A program made the position numbers and the translations under genes. Positions 25,541-39,500 of a DNA stretch of 64,000 nucleotides are shown here, piece by piece. Each line of letters begins with the position of its first letter. The first letter of the stretch is position 1. Source of the stretch: Acanthaster planci (taxonomy: Eukaryota); contig NW_019091359.1 in assembly GCF_001949145.1 (NCBI RefSeq), forward strand, positions 1,934,540 through 1,998,539. The letters run 5' to 3'. Below the pieces are notes generated by a model that saw nothing but the letters and a program-made list of their open reading frames with translations, had not been told where the DNA came from and ran no database searches.

Positions 25541-28500
25541 GACAAATATTCTATTTCTGAAACAAAAACTGATAAATTTCAAGCATTTTTCAAAATATCA
25601 GCATGCCCATTTTTTGTTCACATATCCATCCTCAACAAGGTATAGACTGAAAGGGAAATACTTCCACTGCCACACTCCCAATTTGATTTACATCTTGTTT
25701 GCCCTCACGGAGGTTTAATTCCAAACTCCTCATCAAAAGGAAACTAATCAGATGCATTCCTCTGAAAAGATGACAAAGTGAAATTCCTTTCTCACATCCA
25801 AGTGCATTCTTTCCCCGATCTCTTAAGCCTTGGCAATCACGAGCCTTCCCAAATGCCACACTCATCCAAATCCCATCCAATTTTCTCCACTCTCTGAGTA
25901 TTACACCAGACTCAAGTTTCACCCCACAGTTTTTTTTCTCTTCTCCTCTCCTAAAGACAAATTCATCCTAGCGATAACAGATGTGAAAGAGAGGAATTCA
26001 GTCACGGGGAGGGAAAAAATTATTAAAGATAAAAAAAACTTGTACTTGAGATGTTCCTTGCCAGTGGTATTCGTTGATGACTTCTAGGAACAGATGTGAA
26101 GCTAGCAAAACCAGCCTGTGATTGCCAAGGGGCACTCAAGTGCGTCCTGCTGTCTATAGAATATACATACGCTTTGCATCTCCCAGGATGTTGCCAGACC
26201 CCTTTGATGGAGTTTGCAGCCACTGGGCCCACTTTGAAGTTTGGAAGCAGCAGCGAGAAAGGATAAAACCTGAAATTTGTCGGCGTGCTTTTGTTCGTTG
26301 ATAATTTGTCCATCAAAAGGTACTTGAACTGAAAAGAAGAATCATGTGGAAGATGCATTGCATGAAATGAGTTGTTTGCCATGAGCATGTGATGTTGCTT
26401 GGGAAACTGAAGTCTTGTTGCAATAGTAGTGTTTGATCGGATCTTGATGTGTGCCTGAATTGCTAATGGTTCTCTGTACATGAAGTCATTCACGTGTGTT
26501 TTAGTGAGGCATACGTTGGGAAGTGAACTTCAAGAATTTAGAACAGTCATTTTGTGAGTAATTTGACAATAAGTTCTTTGCAAACAGTGCTCAGCAGATC
26601 TGAATAGTCCGCCAGGTTTTACAGAGCGTGTGGGAAAAAAACGAGTCGGTCTCTCAATAAACAAAGTGGCATTGTTGATGCCAATCGGCATCAACAATGC
26701 CAATCGGCAAGCCTGAGTAGTCATCTGCAAGTAATACCAAGGCCTTTGTAGCAATAGCAGTCCATCAAATGTGGGAGGGAGGGGGTAGCCTCCATATCTT
26801 CAGCAAGGGCGGTACTGTTGCCAAGAATCCTTGTCCATTAATGTTATGTCTTGAAGCAAACAGCTCTCACAACCTACTGGTAGCTGTGCATGTGCAATTG
26901 TGCATATATGTACAGTTTGTGTATACTGTACATTTGTACAATGTAAGAATTGTACATGTGTACCTATTTCTTTATAAAATGTGTTGCACGGTTAGAGAAA
27001 TTAGGCTTACCAACTTACTCCCTCTGTTTCACTTCAAACTTCTCAGCACTCACAAATATCAAGCTAGGCGTTACACTACAACTGTGGTACAGAAGGAGTG
27101 GCTTGAAAGTGTTACATGCTTCAGAGGTCTGGTGATCCATCAGCCCTTGCTAACATTTCCCCGCTGACAGGGGATAATTTGTACATGTCTGCAGAAAGTC
27201 TGCCCCAGCAATCATCGGCCAGCACTAAATGGAATTCAAGAGATAACCGCCTGACAGCCAGGGCATTCTTGGATGTGTTTTATGGTCGGCTGGCGCTTTA
27301 TGCCCTGAGACTCCAGTGATGATTTCCACCCAGAGACAGCTTTTCTATCTCTGGCCTGCTTTCTGGGGCTTTCTGCCCCTTTTTGAGCTGAGACACCCTC
27401 CACTACTGGAAGGCAACCATCAAAGCATCTCAGTAGGTTAGTTGTGAAGGACACATGGTAATCATTGCTCGGGTGTGTGGAGATGGCATGACTTCGGCCA
27501 TCCTGATGAGATGGGCTTTGCTGATGCGTGGTGGAAATTTTAAAAACAAGAGCAGAATAAAGCTTCTTTCATGGGTTGTCATTTATATTGGTAAAATTCC
27601 CTCTCTATCAGATTCAAATGACTTTCACATGTGGGTTGAGACTGTGTAATTATAAGAAGATTGCCTTTACAAAGGAGTCACTGAACTCGCTTAGAAGTAT
27701 TTGACACATAGAATATCAGTTATAATTTAGAAAGAACATGGCTGATCTTGCAGTTTCATCTCCCAAAGCAAGAAGACATGAGCAGATTTTGTCAGCCTTT
27801 GTCTGTGATTGAGAATCTCCTCAACCCGCAACTCAAATTTAAAATGACGTGGCAGCCAACTGAATGTTAGATTTGAAGCCTCAAGAAACCTGCCATAGGT
27901 GTGCTCCACTGTAAAGTCACCTTGTCTGTAAAAACCAGAACTGCTGATTAAATCATATATGCCACCTTTTCACTGTTGAAATAGGCAGTAAGAAAGCCCT
28001 TTTTGTGAAAAGAGCATTCATGGACAGAAAACTTCTAGGCATTCTAATCCCCTCATTAAAGCACCCTGGATGGGCGGCCTCTAGTGGTTGCCTCTCCTTG
28101 AACCTCTTGAGTTCAGTCTCCTTGGCAACTGTACCAAGCTGTCATCTTAGACACAAGCCAGACAATATCTGTGGCTGTTTCATGCTTTAGAGGCGTCTGT
28201 GAACCCAATGTGATTCATGTGATGCATTTTCCAGGATGAATACATTGTATTTGTTACATAGAATTTGTACATCCTTGCTCACATGACAGGGCAAATATTT
28301 GGCAGGAACGAGTTTGCACCCTTGGAGTGTGCAGACCCCTGATCAATGGTGTCTACAATGTCCACATCGATCTTCATTACAGCAATCAATGAACCCTGCT
28401 GCACTATGTACAGAGTAGAGCTTCATTGTTCAACATCTTGAAATGAAACAGGTCCATGCACTCTCTTCCTGAACATTGACCTTGTCTTGTCCAAGACAAG

Positions 28501-31500
28501 CCTGGATCCACTCAAGAGATGAACACGCTGAAAATAACCAAGACTCTGTTTCCACTCTGACTGATCGTTGTCCAAATTCACAAAGGTTGAAAACGTGGCA
28601 TACCATCTAGCTAGCAATGTAAAAGTTTTCACTATAGGGTGTCAAGCCATCCAAAGCCATCACAACCCAGTACCATGTGAAGATCCCTTCTCTATCTTTC
28701 CCACACTGACAACTCAACCAAACTTCACTTCACAGCAACAAAGAAATAACTTAGATTTTCTGATTGGTCCTCTCGTCCAAATGTTGTGTACTCAACGCAG
28801 TGGTCAGAAAATGTCTTTTACACCTCATGTGTATTCTTTCTGCTGTATCAAAGTCTTTGATCGACCCGGTGAAGTGTCACAGAGAAAACGAGGCACGCGG
28901 AAATAAAACAACACCACATTGGCGTGTTTAGCTTTTGGGTTGATCAGAGCATGCCTGGTTTGCACCCCGAATGCAATTGTTGTGGTCTCCACAGTGGGAA
29001 ACTGGTACTGTTCAATCTGGCTGGCAGGCCGAGACAGGTGTGTTCGGGAACATCTCACACCCTCTTCTGGTGATTTGCATCCATTGCCTGGTGCCTGGGG
29101 TGTTGTGGTACCACCAGGCTGAGGCTGCCATGGCTTTGTCCCTCCAATGATAGACATTCTCTCTTTAACACTTGAAGTACATATACCTACACGTAGACCC
29201 GAAAGGTGTGAGATATGACAGTAGTGACCCTGGAAAAAAAAACTGTTGTGTTGGTGTGAGCTCAGGTTGGGGGTAGTTTTCTCACCTTAAAGGTTCAAGG
29301 ATGACTAGAGATGATTTTGGCAAGATATCAACACCGCAACAGATGGATAACACCCTGGTCGAGCCAGGAGGTAGCACATCCCACTGGGACAGAATCTCTG
29401 TAAGGACTGGAAATATTTTGTAGATATAATTGAAATGAATTTAAAAAAAAATTGGCTTAATTTCTGTTGAAAACCTTTGGTAATTTGCCCCAAGAGATCA
29501 AAAAATGAAATAGATCCCAACATTTATACATTTTTGCCTTTCGTTCGTGACCAACACACACCGATAGTTACATGTGTGTATTTAGTACGAAAATAGTTTT
29601 GTACATAAAGTGTTATGTTTTTAATAATTTAATTTAAGGCAACTTAGTGGAACTTAACTATGTCATTACTAACAAGAAAATCCTGCTTTCACTTCTGCCA
29701 GTGGGAAAAGTATTGTCTGAAGTCACGGTTTTGTTGTGCAGTTTATTTTCATTGTACGTGCGCACATTATTGGGGCTGAGATGTAAACTCCCAAACATGT
29801 TTCATCAGCTACAAGTAAATCAGTATCTTTTTTTAAAGGATTATGGATTCAGCTAAATAGTTTTTTAAAATCTTGCCTGGATCAGAAAAACATGTGCATT
29901 GACCAGACAGATGCTGCGTGGAAGTCTGCTTGGTTTAAATGATGTCATCGTCTAGTTTTGTTAGGCCTAAGTCTTGTTCATCCTAGCTGATAAGAAAATA
30001 TGTCCCCCCCCCAAAAAAAAAGAGAAATGAGATTGCTATTGTAAACATGTCCACATCACAAGGATAGCAGGCTGAAATGCTTACTGGCTGCACAGACTGA
30101 TAATTTCCATTTGTCCACGTGGCAACTTAAGGATGTGAATAAATCAAGCTTGACACTTGAGCTTCTTGCACGGACTGGATGTGTTTTTTATTGCAGAATT
30201 TTTGTCTTGAGATGGCAGAATGGCTTGCATCAGAGAATGCCTGCAATGCATAAACAAGTTGTGGCTGAGCACAGACCTGTTTATTTTTGCATTTGGGTGC
30301 GAGAAAGATGTCCGGAGTGGCGGTGATGGAAATCACTGGAGAGAGGAACTGATGTTGCAGTCATTTCATTTGAGAAACTTGCAGGGATATATAATGAAGA
30401 GTGAAAAAGTAAAACAGTGTTAGCGATGAAGGCAGATTCAAAACGTCTATCATGAAATATCACCCGTGCACATAGTTCAGATTTAGTTGTAATTTTGCTA
30501 TTGCCTTGGCCTACATGGATAATATTTACCTTTTCAGGAAATAGGTTGAATAAATTACAGTTTTGTGGCGTGGTTCTTATTTGATTTAATCTGCGTATAT
30601 CTAAATAGAGAATCCATTTTTGAATTTGGAACATAACTTCAAAATTAAACATGTTGCCATAAAATGAAAAAAAGGTGCTCCTGAATTTTATTATTTTTAC
30701 CCTGCTGTTAGAATCTTATTTTGTGCTTTGCACCTGCTACCATTTCTGTGATTGACGTAGACAGTTTTGTGACTGTAATTAATATTTGTCAGTGTTTCTG
30801 TCAGAGAGGTTGTTGTCTTGCATAATATTGATAGTAAAACAAGGATCAAGAGTTAAATGTACCAGGAACCATTCATCAATCAAGTATTTACACAGAGTGG
30901 AATGTCCTCCATTGCACCTGTTGTGGCATTCTGCGCCTAAACAAAGTAATAATTGCAACTTTCACCGACTGCCAATTATGAATGATCACAGTGACCATTC
31001 ATACATACACAATACGTCCATTTATAAAACATGCTTCATTTATTTTTATGATGTATAGCTTTGGTGTTTTCTTCCTTCTTTTCATGTCCTTCTTGATGCT
31101 GCTGTCATTATCACTTCGACAATCAGGTAAGACTGCTTCTCATTAATAATTGGGATTTACAGTAAGTTTTGTTTTGCCAGGAATGACCCTTGGCTGAAAA
31201 TTGCAGAGTTACCTGTTTACACTTGGTTTGCTTTCACCAGCGTAACTCAGCGGATTCAAATTCTTCATGGGCCATTTTGTGCATTTTTTTCTCACAGGCT
31301 CTCAGAAAAGAGAGGCTACTGTATTTGAGACCCCTTAAGACCGTCAAAAGACAGCAGGAGACCATCACAAAACCTCTTGCCTAAATTGCAGACAAATATT
31401 CAAAGAAAGCCTTCCTTTGTCACTCTTCATCCTGCTGCTTGCGGCAGATCATGTGAATGAGTTGGTGTCTGGTCTTGTGATGGTCTTGGCTGCATCACCT

Positions 31501-34500
31501 GCATGGGACGTGTATTCGTACTTTTTAATTAGCGGTTGAGACAATAAGAAACTTAGACTGTAAATAGGAGGTGCTTAAGCAATGAACAATGGCAGGTCTT
31601 CTTAAAAAACAAGTTAGGTTCCAGTTTTTAGTAGGGTATTCTTAATGAGGGGAGGGGGATGTTACGAATGTGTCACATATTTGGATCTGCCCTTGACAAC
31701 TCTCCAGGAGGTGAGAGATTCTGGCATCTATCTTCTGTGGATGAGTCCGAAGGAGAAGTTGTTTCTCTGTGTTTCTGTCCTCTCCCAGGTGCTCAGGAGG
31801 ACAGGTTGCCAGACAAATAATTCACCCCCATGATTGTTTGTGGAGGCATTAAGGCAGCCATTCAATTACCCCCAGACAACACATGTGGGGAATTTTAATG
31901 TGTCCTGAAGTGTCCAGTGGAGGGGGGAATAGGAACTTACTGTTGACGCTGATGTGTACATAGCAGTGTATGAATGTTGCATGTTTCACAGGAGGAGATG
32001 GGAGCATGCCATTAATCATACGAACACTGTCATCTGAGAGAAGCGCAAGTGCCTGTTGGAGTCACGTTGCATTTTGTGCTTTATTAAATTGGCCAAAGAG
32101 CGTAGGCAAGTCAAGCAGAATATCCTTCTATGTTAAGTGAAAGTTGCAAGAATAAAGTCATATTTGAGACGTTTTGGCACTTCCAGGTACATGTACAAAA
32201 TTTGATAAGCTGGTAAGATTTTCAAAACTGGACGCCGTACATGTACCGTTTTTATCCTGTCCGGTTAATCTTTCCAGATTTGTATTCATGTACCAGTATT
32301 TTTCCCTCAAATATGAACTTGATCATGTCGATCATTCCAAGTCTGTTCTGGAAGTTTAAAATAAACCTTGGTGGAATTGCAAGAAATCTGTCAAAAGGCC
32401 CACCAAAAACTTTGTCTCTGAATGTGTTGAATGTATCACAATAATGCAGTGTACCAGCAGCAATCCCATCCATCAGCGTCTGTATGATTTGAAAGCCCAC
32501 TTACTGGTACCAAATATAGTATATATATTTTAAGAGGAATTTATAATTTACTCAAGTCTCATTCAATTGTGCACCTTCGCCATGTGTGTGGCTTTGCATG
32601 CAATAATCTTTGGGAGCTGTCTTATTGAATAGTGCCTGTGGAGATGGCCTGTCCTATCCCTAAGGGATCACAGTTGTTGGCAAGGGATTTACCTGGTATG
32701 ATCTGAAAACACCTGGGAGAAACGAAGAGAAAATGCACTTAATTTATCTGGCTAGTTGTTTAAATATTCTTTACTCCTTCATTTTGAAGTCCACTAACTA
32801 CAGACCCACATGGAGGTCTCATCACGCTGTCCTCGCTGTTGAAAAACCAACAACCAACCTTGTTTGTTCTGTCTGCAGTTATTTACTCAATGAAGATGTT
32901 TCTTGTCCCAAAGGGCCAGCTGGACATTTTTCTACCCTCAATTTGACAACAGGGACCAGCTTTTCCAACCCTCCACTCTCAGTGATAACAGTTATTTCTT
33001 TAGATACCAACTGTTATTTTTTTCTGGGGGCTGGGAAGATCAGGCCTTTTTTCTGAGTGCTCCCAAATAGAAGCATTAGTCAGGATTTGAATTAGTCGGA
33101 TCCGATCAGAGGCGGTGTAAGTCTCTATACAGGCTTGCCAGCCACAAAGCTGCCGCCTTGTGTGGTGATTATAGGGTCGTTGGTGAGAGGGGTGGGCCTT
33201 TGTTAAAGGGGTCATTATTGGGGGTCCGCATTCCTGGGTGCCAGGCTTGGCTATGTTTGGGTAAAGGGGTATTCTTTGGCAAAATTACAGGCTGTTCAGT
33301 GGTGTTATTTTGGGGGAGGGGGAGCCAGTAGACAGATCATCCAGTAGTGCTTGGGCTAGGGTGGATTATGGACACTTTGATCAAATCCTCGCTTTGATGT
33401 GCCTTCATCTTGTTTGATGGTGTTCAGCTTTATTGGTTCCAGTCATAGAACTGTCTCAATGAAAAGGAAAAATACAATTGTTAGTTTTTGGTACTTCACT
33501 TACGCTTCTTGAACAGAAAATATATTAAATTGTTTATGGTTACATGTACTTTAACTAATCGGATTCATCAGGAAACAAATTTTTCGGCAGTTTCATATAT
33601 TTTGGAAAGAAAATCTTGAGAAACTTTCCGTAACTTTGGATTTGTAGAACAAACTTGAAGTTAAGTTTTTAAAAGCTTAAGAATGTGTCACAAGTTTATT
33701 GCAAACTCAAGTTTCAAGTAAACCTGTTTATTTGAGTAAACTTGATGACTTTACATGAATTCTATGAAAACTAAGTGCAAAATGACTCGCGATGAGTAAA
33801 TGGCAGTGCTGAAATTTTCCTGAGGAGCTCAACCAGCACTCATGATATGCTTCTTAATTTGGCTGTTGGCAATGTGTGGCATGCTCATATCTTGTCAACC
33901 CCATTCCTGGTGATAAGCCAGACACGCAAATGCACCAATCCTCTAAAAACTTTAAGACTGAATAGATGTCATTCATTTTGGGAGCATTGGGCCCTCGGGC
34001 ATTTTAATCAATGGAGTTTTGATGTTGTCAAGGCCTGGTTGGGGTTTATTAGGCCTTGTCGGTGTAATCCATACATGGCCAATGTTAGCCCAGGGGCTGT
34101 TTTTACGGCCCAGCTCAGCAACTAAAAGAAAAACTGTGCTGAGCTGGTGCTTATTTCACATAAAACATGGCCTGACAGGATCATGTGGTCTCACTCTTTT
34201 CAACGCTGATTTGTCTTCAAGGAGTTCGCCTGTTCTTATTACTCCATTTGCTGCCACAGACTCTTTGTTGGTTTTATTGAAACTTTTAACAGGAAATTGT
34301 GTTGCTGAGCAATGGTGAGAATTGTTGGTCCAAATTGACAGCTTGGTACTGATCATAACTAGAGCAATACTTGGCAGGACAATAATTTGAAAGCAGGACA
34401 CGCAGCAATTGGTCATAACTTTGTCTCTCCAGTGAGCACTGAGTCTGAGTTCCATGTAGCATACATGTAAATCTACAATGGTGATAACAACTCTTGCGTG

Positions 34501-35657
34501 GCATTCTTTGAAGAATAGGCCATATCTGAGATATCCATTGTTATCTAGCCCATCGCGACACGTGTCAAACGGACGTAGCCCTAGCTTGGTGGCCTTTATT
34601 TACATCTACATGCCAATGTGTACTCATTACATTGCACTTATGACGTATCCACTTTACACTATACAGCACATGTATATTTTCTTCAATACTTGGCTTATAC
34701 TTACATGTAGGTTAATCCTAATATCCTTCACTAACGCCATTTGCTTGTGACCATCATAAATTTGCTTAGGAATAGGAAAACGGGCACGTATTTGTGAACT
34801 AAAAAAATTAAATTATGCGATATTTACTAGCTTTCGAAAAGTTTTGCAAATGTTCTGGGAAAGTAACCTTAAAAGTTGCATCAAGTTCATCAGAGACTTG
34901 ACAGAACCCTAAGCTGTCATCCTCTTTGGTTTGTACAGATCACATGAACTCATGCACAAAGGCATGTAATGTACATGATCAGGTAGAAGCTACATCCAGC
35001 TGGGTACTGTAGGCACACCCATGTTGTTCTCCATGGTTGCACAGAAGCTGGGGCCTATCTGACCCCCAATGACCTGACAAATTAGGGTTTAATGACTTGA
35101 GTTTTAGCAGTTGTGCCACATGTCAAGCACAGCAGGGATTCTTCCTGCATTCAGGTTCAGGGGCTTGTGGCTTGAACCCTCCTAATCCCTGATCATTCCA
35201 TAGGTATTTATCAAGACTTGATGCAGAATTTGCATAAGCTGGGCCATTTTTTGCAACTAAGAACAAAGGCTGTGTTGACGAAGTGAAATTGTCGTTTTGT
35301 ATTTACCGTGCACACATGTACACAGGCGGAATGAAGATTCAATAATTCTTGTGCGAGTATATGCTTACATGAAGTTTTCTGTTCCTGGGTTGAGAGGACT
35401 GTAGATGATGGGCTGCAGTCCTACACGTGTACAACCCCATATTTTCCCAATTAATTGAAATCTTTGCCATTGTATGGTTACAACCAGAGTATATTACTTG
35501 AGTCTTGGTCTTGATTCTATCATGCTTCCTTTAACTTTTTGATGTCCGTGATTTCCAATTATCAAGAACGGTACTTTCACATTTACATTGAAGTCCTTTA
35601 GATGAAAATGTTGAGTCTAAGGGTGGCTCTTAGAGATGGGAAAACAACAGAGCAGTG

Positions 35658-35707
35658 GAATACCGCTATACCGAATACCGCTATACCGAATACCGCTATA
35701 CCGAACA
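35658..35707. repeat. 15-bp tandem repeat (GAATACCGCTATACC)n running into the gap
   Basis: Three full units precede the N-run; a related ATACCGAACA resumes at 36594. Confidence 0.9.
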
Positions 35708-36593
35708 NNNNNNNNNNNNNNNNNNNNNNNNNNNNNNNNNNNNNNNNNNNNNNNNNNNNNNNNNNNNNNNNNNNNNNNNNNNNNNNNNNNNNNNNNNNNN
35801 NNNNNNNNNNNNNNNNNNNNNNNNNNNNNNNNNNNNNNNNNNNNNNNNNNNNNNNNNNNNNNNNNNNNNNNNNNNNNNNNNNNNNNNNNNNNNNNNNNNN
35901 NNNNNNNNNNNNNNNNNNNNNNNNNNNNNNNNNNNNNNNNNNNNNNNNNNNNNNNNNNNNNNNNNNNNNNNNNNNNNNNNNNNNNNNNNNNNNNNNNNNN
36001 NNNNNNNNNNNNNNNNNNNNNNNNNNNNNNNNNNNNNNNNNNNNNNNNNNNNNNNNNNNNNNNNNNNNNNNNNNNNNNNNNNNNNNNNNNNNNNNNNNNN
36101 NNNNNNNNNNNNNNNNNNNNNNNNNNNNNNNNNNNNNNNNNNNNNNNNNNNNNNNNNNNNNNNNNNNNNNNNNNNNNNNNNNNNNNNNNNNNNNNNNNNN
36201 NNNNNNNNNNNNNNNNNNNNNNNNNNNNNNNNNNNNNNNNNNNNNNNNNNNNNNNNNNNNNNNNNNNNNNNNNNNNNNNNNNNNNNNNNNNNNNNNNNNN
36301 NNNNNNNNNNNNNNNNNNNNNNNNNNNNNNNNNNNNNNNNNNNNNNNNNNNNNNNNNNNNNNNNNNNNNNNNNNNNNNNNNNNNNNNNNNNNNNNNNNNN
36401 NNNNNNNNNNNNNNNNNNNNNNNNNNNNNNNNNNNNNNNNNNNNNNNNNNNNNNNNNNNNNNNNNNNNNNNNNNNNNNNNNNNNNNNNNNNNNNNNNNNN
36501 NNNNNNNNNNNNNNNNNNNNNNNNNNNNNNNNNNNNNNNNNNNNNNNNNNNNNNNNNNNNNNNNNNNNNNNNNNNNNNNNNNNNNNNNNNNNN
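35708..36593. other. Assembly gap (886 N)
   Basis: N-run. Confidence 1.
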
Positions 36594-39500
36594 ATACCGA
36601 ACATTCGGCTGTACCGAACATCGTCCTTGGCTCCCAATTATTTGTGCACAAAACCTACCGAACACTTTTCAGTTGCCGTTTGTAATTCCCAAACGTCAAC
36701 ATGATAAAACAGTCGGTGTTTTTTTATGTTGGAAAGTGACAAGTGGCCATTATTTCCCCATGGATCAGAAGGGAAAGCCACTAGTTGTCAATGGTATTGA
36801 ATAGACACTGGTTTTGCGACTCCACATGATTGGGTGCGGAAGAAAACTGCACGTACGCGCACAGTGGCCATTGCACTAACAATAGTCTAAAGAGGGCGCC
36901 GCTGATACACAAATCAACCGAGATTCGCCACAGCATGCATCAGAGATCGACCCTGAGCAGTAGTTTCGCGACTTTTAGGATAAGCTTGATATCAATTTTT
37001 TGACTCAAGTTTAAATAAAAACAAAAATAATTAACAGATACATTTCTAGAAACTTGAATGCAACGGCAAAACATCACGAAAACAGGGAGCCAAGGTATCA
37101 CAAGAGGGAGCACTTCAGTTAGACAAGAGAGGGCGCTATTCAACATGGCAGTGAAACGTTCGGCAGTTAAATTCGCAATACCGAACGACCGCTGTACCGA
37201 ACATTTAGCGTGGACGCCGTCTTGTTCGTTATAGAGGCGTTCCACTGTAAACAAACAAAACCAGAAAAAAACCACAACTGGTTGAGCAGTGGCATGACAT
37301 TCACCCCGCTGAAGGACAAAACAGTTAATGGGTTGAATTTCATTAATTGCTTGATTAACCTTGTTATTCAGGCCCAGCTGTGACTGCTGTGGGGGGGGGG
37401 TCCATTGAAAGTCTTGGCAAACAAAGGAATGGTCTTTTTACAGAGCAGTTTTTATTGCTCTGTTGTTAAAAGTTGGTGACTTTTGAACCTACTTCCAAAG
37501 TAATGTTGCTGTGCCTATGCATATCTCTGGGGACCATGCACATGAGTTAATCTAATTTCATCGGTCATTGTCCGCAGTGTAAATTCCACCTTCAGACTAT
37601 GGTACATGAAGTTAAAACATCTCCACAATTACCCAGTTCCAAGGAATTGTCTCATTTAGAAAGTAGGAAGAAATGACCCTTAGAAATCCTCTTGCTGTTG
37701 ACCTTGTATCTTTCCCTCTGGTTCCTCCAAGACTGGAGGTATGCACATGTGTTGAGCATCTGCAGTAATTTTTGACTGCCTCCAAATCTTCCATAAACGA
37801 GGTCTCTCATGCAACACTGAAGATCATTCACTGCAGTCCCTTGTAATTTAATCAAACAAATGTCATGTTGTTCATCCTTCTAATTTTTGTACAGAGCCAG
37901 TTGTAACGTCATTGCACAGTCCCCCCCCCCTTATTTTTGCTGCTGATATAAAAATTAAAAAGTGGCTTGCAAACTTTCAGAGTGACCTGGAGTGACATAA
38001 GGCAGAAAAAAAAAAAAAAAAAAGACAGAACCTGCTGTTCCGATACTGCGGATTCCCGAGGATCAAACTTCAGAACCGCTAACTTTAAACTGTGTAAAGT
38101 TATGTTTTGCTGCAGTTTGAAACTGGCATGAATGGTACTCTGGCAGCCTGCCTAACGCAACATCTATAAGTTCCACTGCTTATTGTCGGGGTTGCTAATA
38201 TCCGATTGCTCAACTAACTGGTGGAAGTCAGTAAAGAGTTGATTATATGCATAATTTGTATTTAACTTTTTTTTTTCTATTAAAGTGTCATAGATATAGC
38301 ATTGGAATGTCTGAATTGTATTACAGGCAAAATATCATAAACCGCTAATGTAGACAACGTGGACATATTATCTATGTACATGTATGTTTACCACAAAATT
38401 CCTGGAAGGTCTACCATCCAGTCTCCTGCACGTGTTTCCGCTTGCCATTTCTGATAAGACCAATGAGTCATAGGATTTATAAATAAGCTTATTCAGAGAA
38501 GGGATTCTTGTTCTGAATTACAAAGGGAATAATTCTAAAAAAGGCATGGAGCTGTCATTCCGAGATTTGGAATCAGAGAGGGTTATGCTGGCAGGCGCGG
38601 GAGCGTACATACTTCAGAGTGACTATTAGAGACCATCCTGACCGAATATCCATTATGACAGTACCGTACATCTTCATGTTCATTCATCAGTTCTAGATTG
38701 TGTCTAAAATCTGCCTCGTTGACTGGGCCCGCTAGCGCTAGAATTTCCTAGCTGCCATTCAAAATCACGGTGGCCATGCCAGTGAAGAGCTGCAGCAACT
38801 GCGAGCCACGTGTAACCGAAGATGGATAGTGAATGCGCCAATGAATGAATGAACACAAACATTTTCCTTATTAATATCGGACGGGCAACACTGCAATAAA
38901 GTACCCTGGGCAGATTAAAATTTCCCACATCTTGTTGTTGCAAGCAGTGCGCTGTCCGCGTCATATTACTGAAAATGGAATGATGTTTTATATCGAGTAT
39001 TTATGAAACGAAACATGTGGCGGACTTACCGCTAAGCAAAGATTGCAGACAGTAAATCATAGATAGCGGTAGATTTTTGGAGGAGAACACACATGAATGC
39101 CAAAACTCAACCCAAATTAAAAAAAAAAGGCCCAGAATTTAACGTATCAGAAGTGGACACAGTCAGTAATGTTTTACCCCACTACAGAGAAATGGACTGA
39201 GCAGAATTCCTGATTTCTTGAATTTGGTGAAAGATCGTTTTTTCCTTTTGTGTTAAAATGACAGAAAAAATGTTGATGTGATAAAATCGAAATATGGAAA
39301 TTAAGAAAAATATCAACACAACTCATTTTTGAATTGCAGTTGTCCATAAATCATAATCAGACAATGAATCATAATGTTGGCAGTGGACTCTAGGCACATG
39401 TGAATAGTGAAACCCGATCGGAAATCGCCCAGGGCCAGATGAAACAAGGGCTAATGCACCCATTATTGGAATGTAATACTGGCAGAGAGAGGTGTTGGAT

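Larger units (their letters stand above)
35653..37247. mobile_element. Tc1/mariner-superfamily (pogo/Tigger-like) non-autonomous element spanning the assembly gap
   Basis: Left end CAGTGGAATACCGCTATACCGAA; right end reverse complement CAGTGGAACGCCTCTATAACGAA, followed by TA at 37248-37249 (the left flank is AG, not TA). TACCGAAC subterminal repeats occur near both ends and the interior is CpG-rich. Confidence 0.65.

Noticed and set aside
34514..34860. Third copy of the twin MITE family (starts AATAGGCCAT)
   Set aside because: Similarity is limited to ~10 terminal bases and no matching inverted end was found.
35408..35460. ATG GGC TGC (MGC..) as a myristoylated short-isoform first exon like vertebrate PDZRN3/4
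   Set aside because: The frame closes after ~16 codons with no donor site and no further similarity.
35658..36620. CRISPR-like array
   Set aside because: Head-to-tail 15-bp units without unique spacers, a eukaryotic context and no cas genes.
35598..36804. 313-400 aa ORFs
   Set aside because: Artefacts of the N-run.
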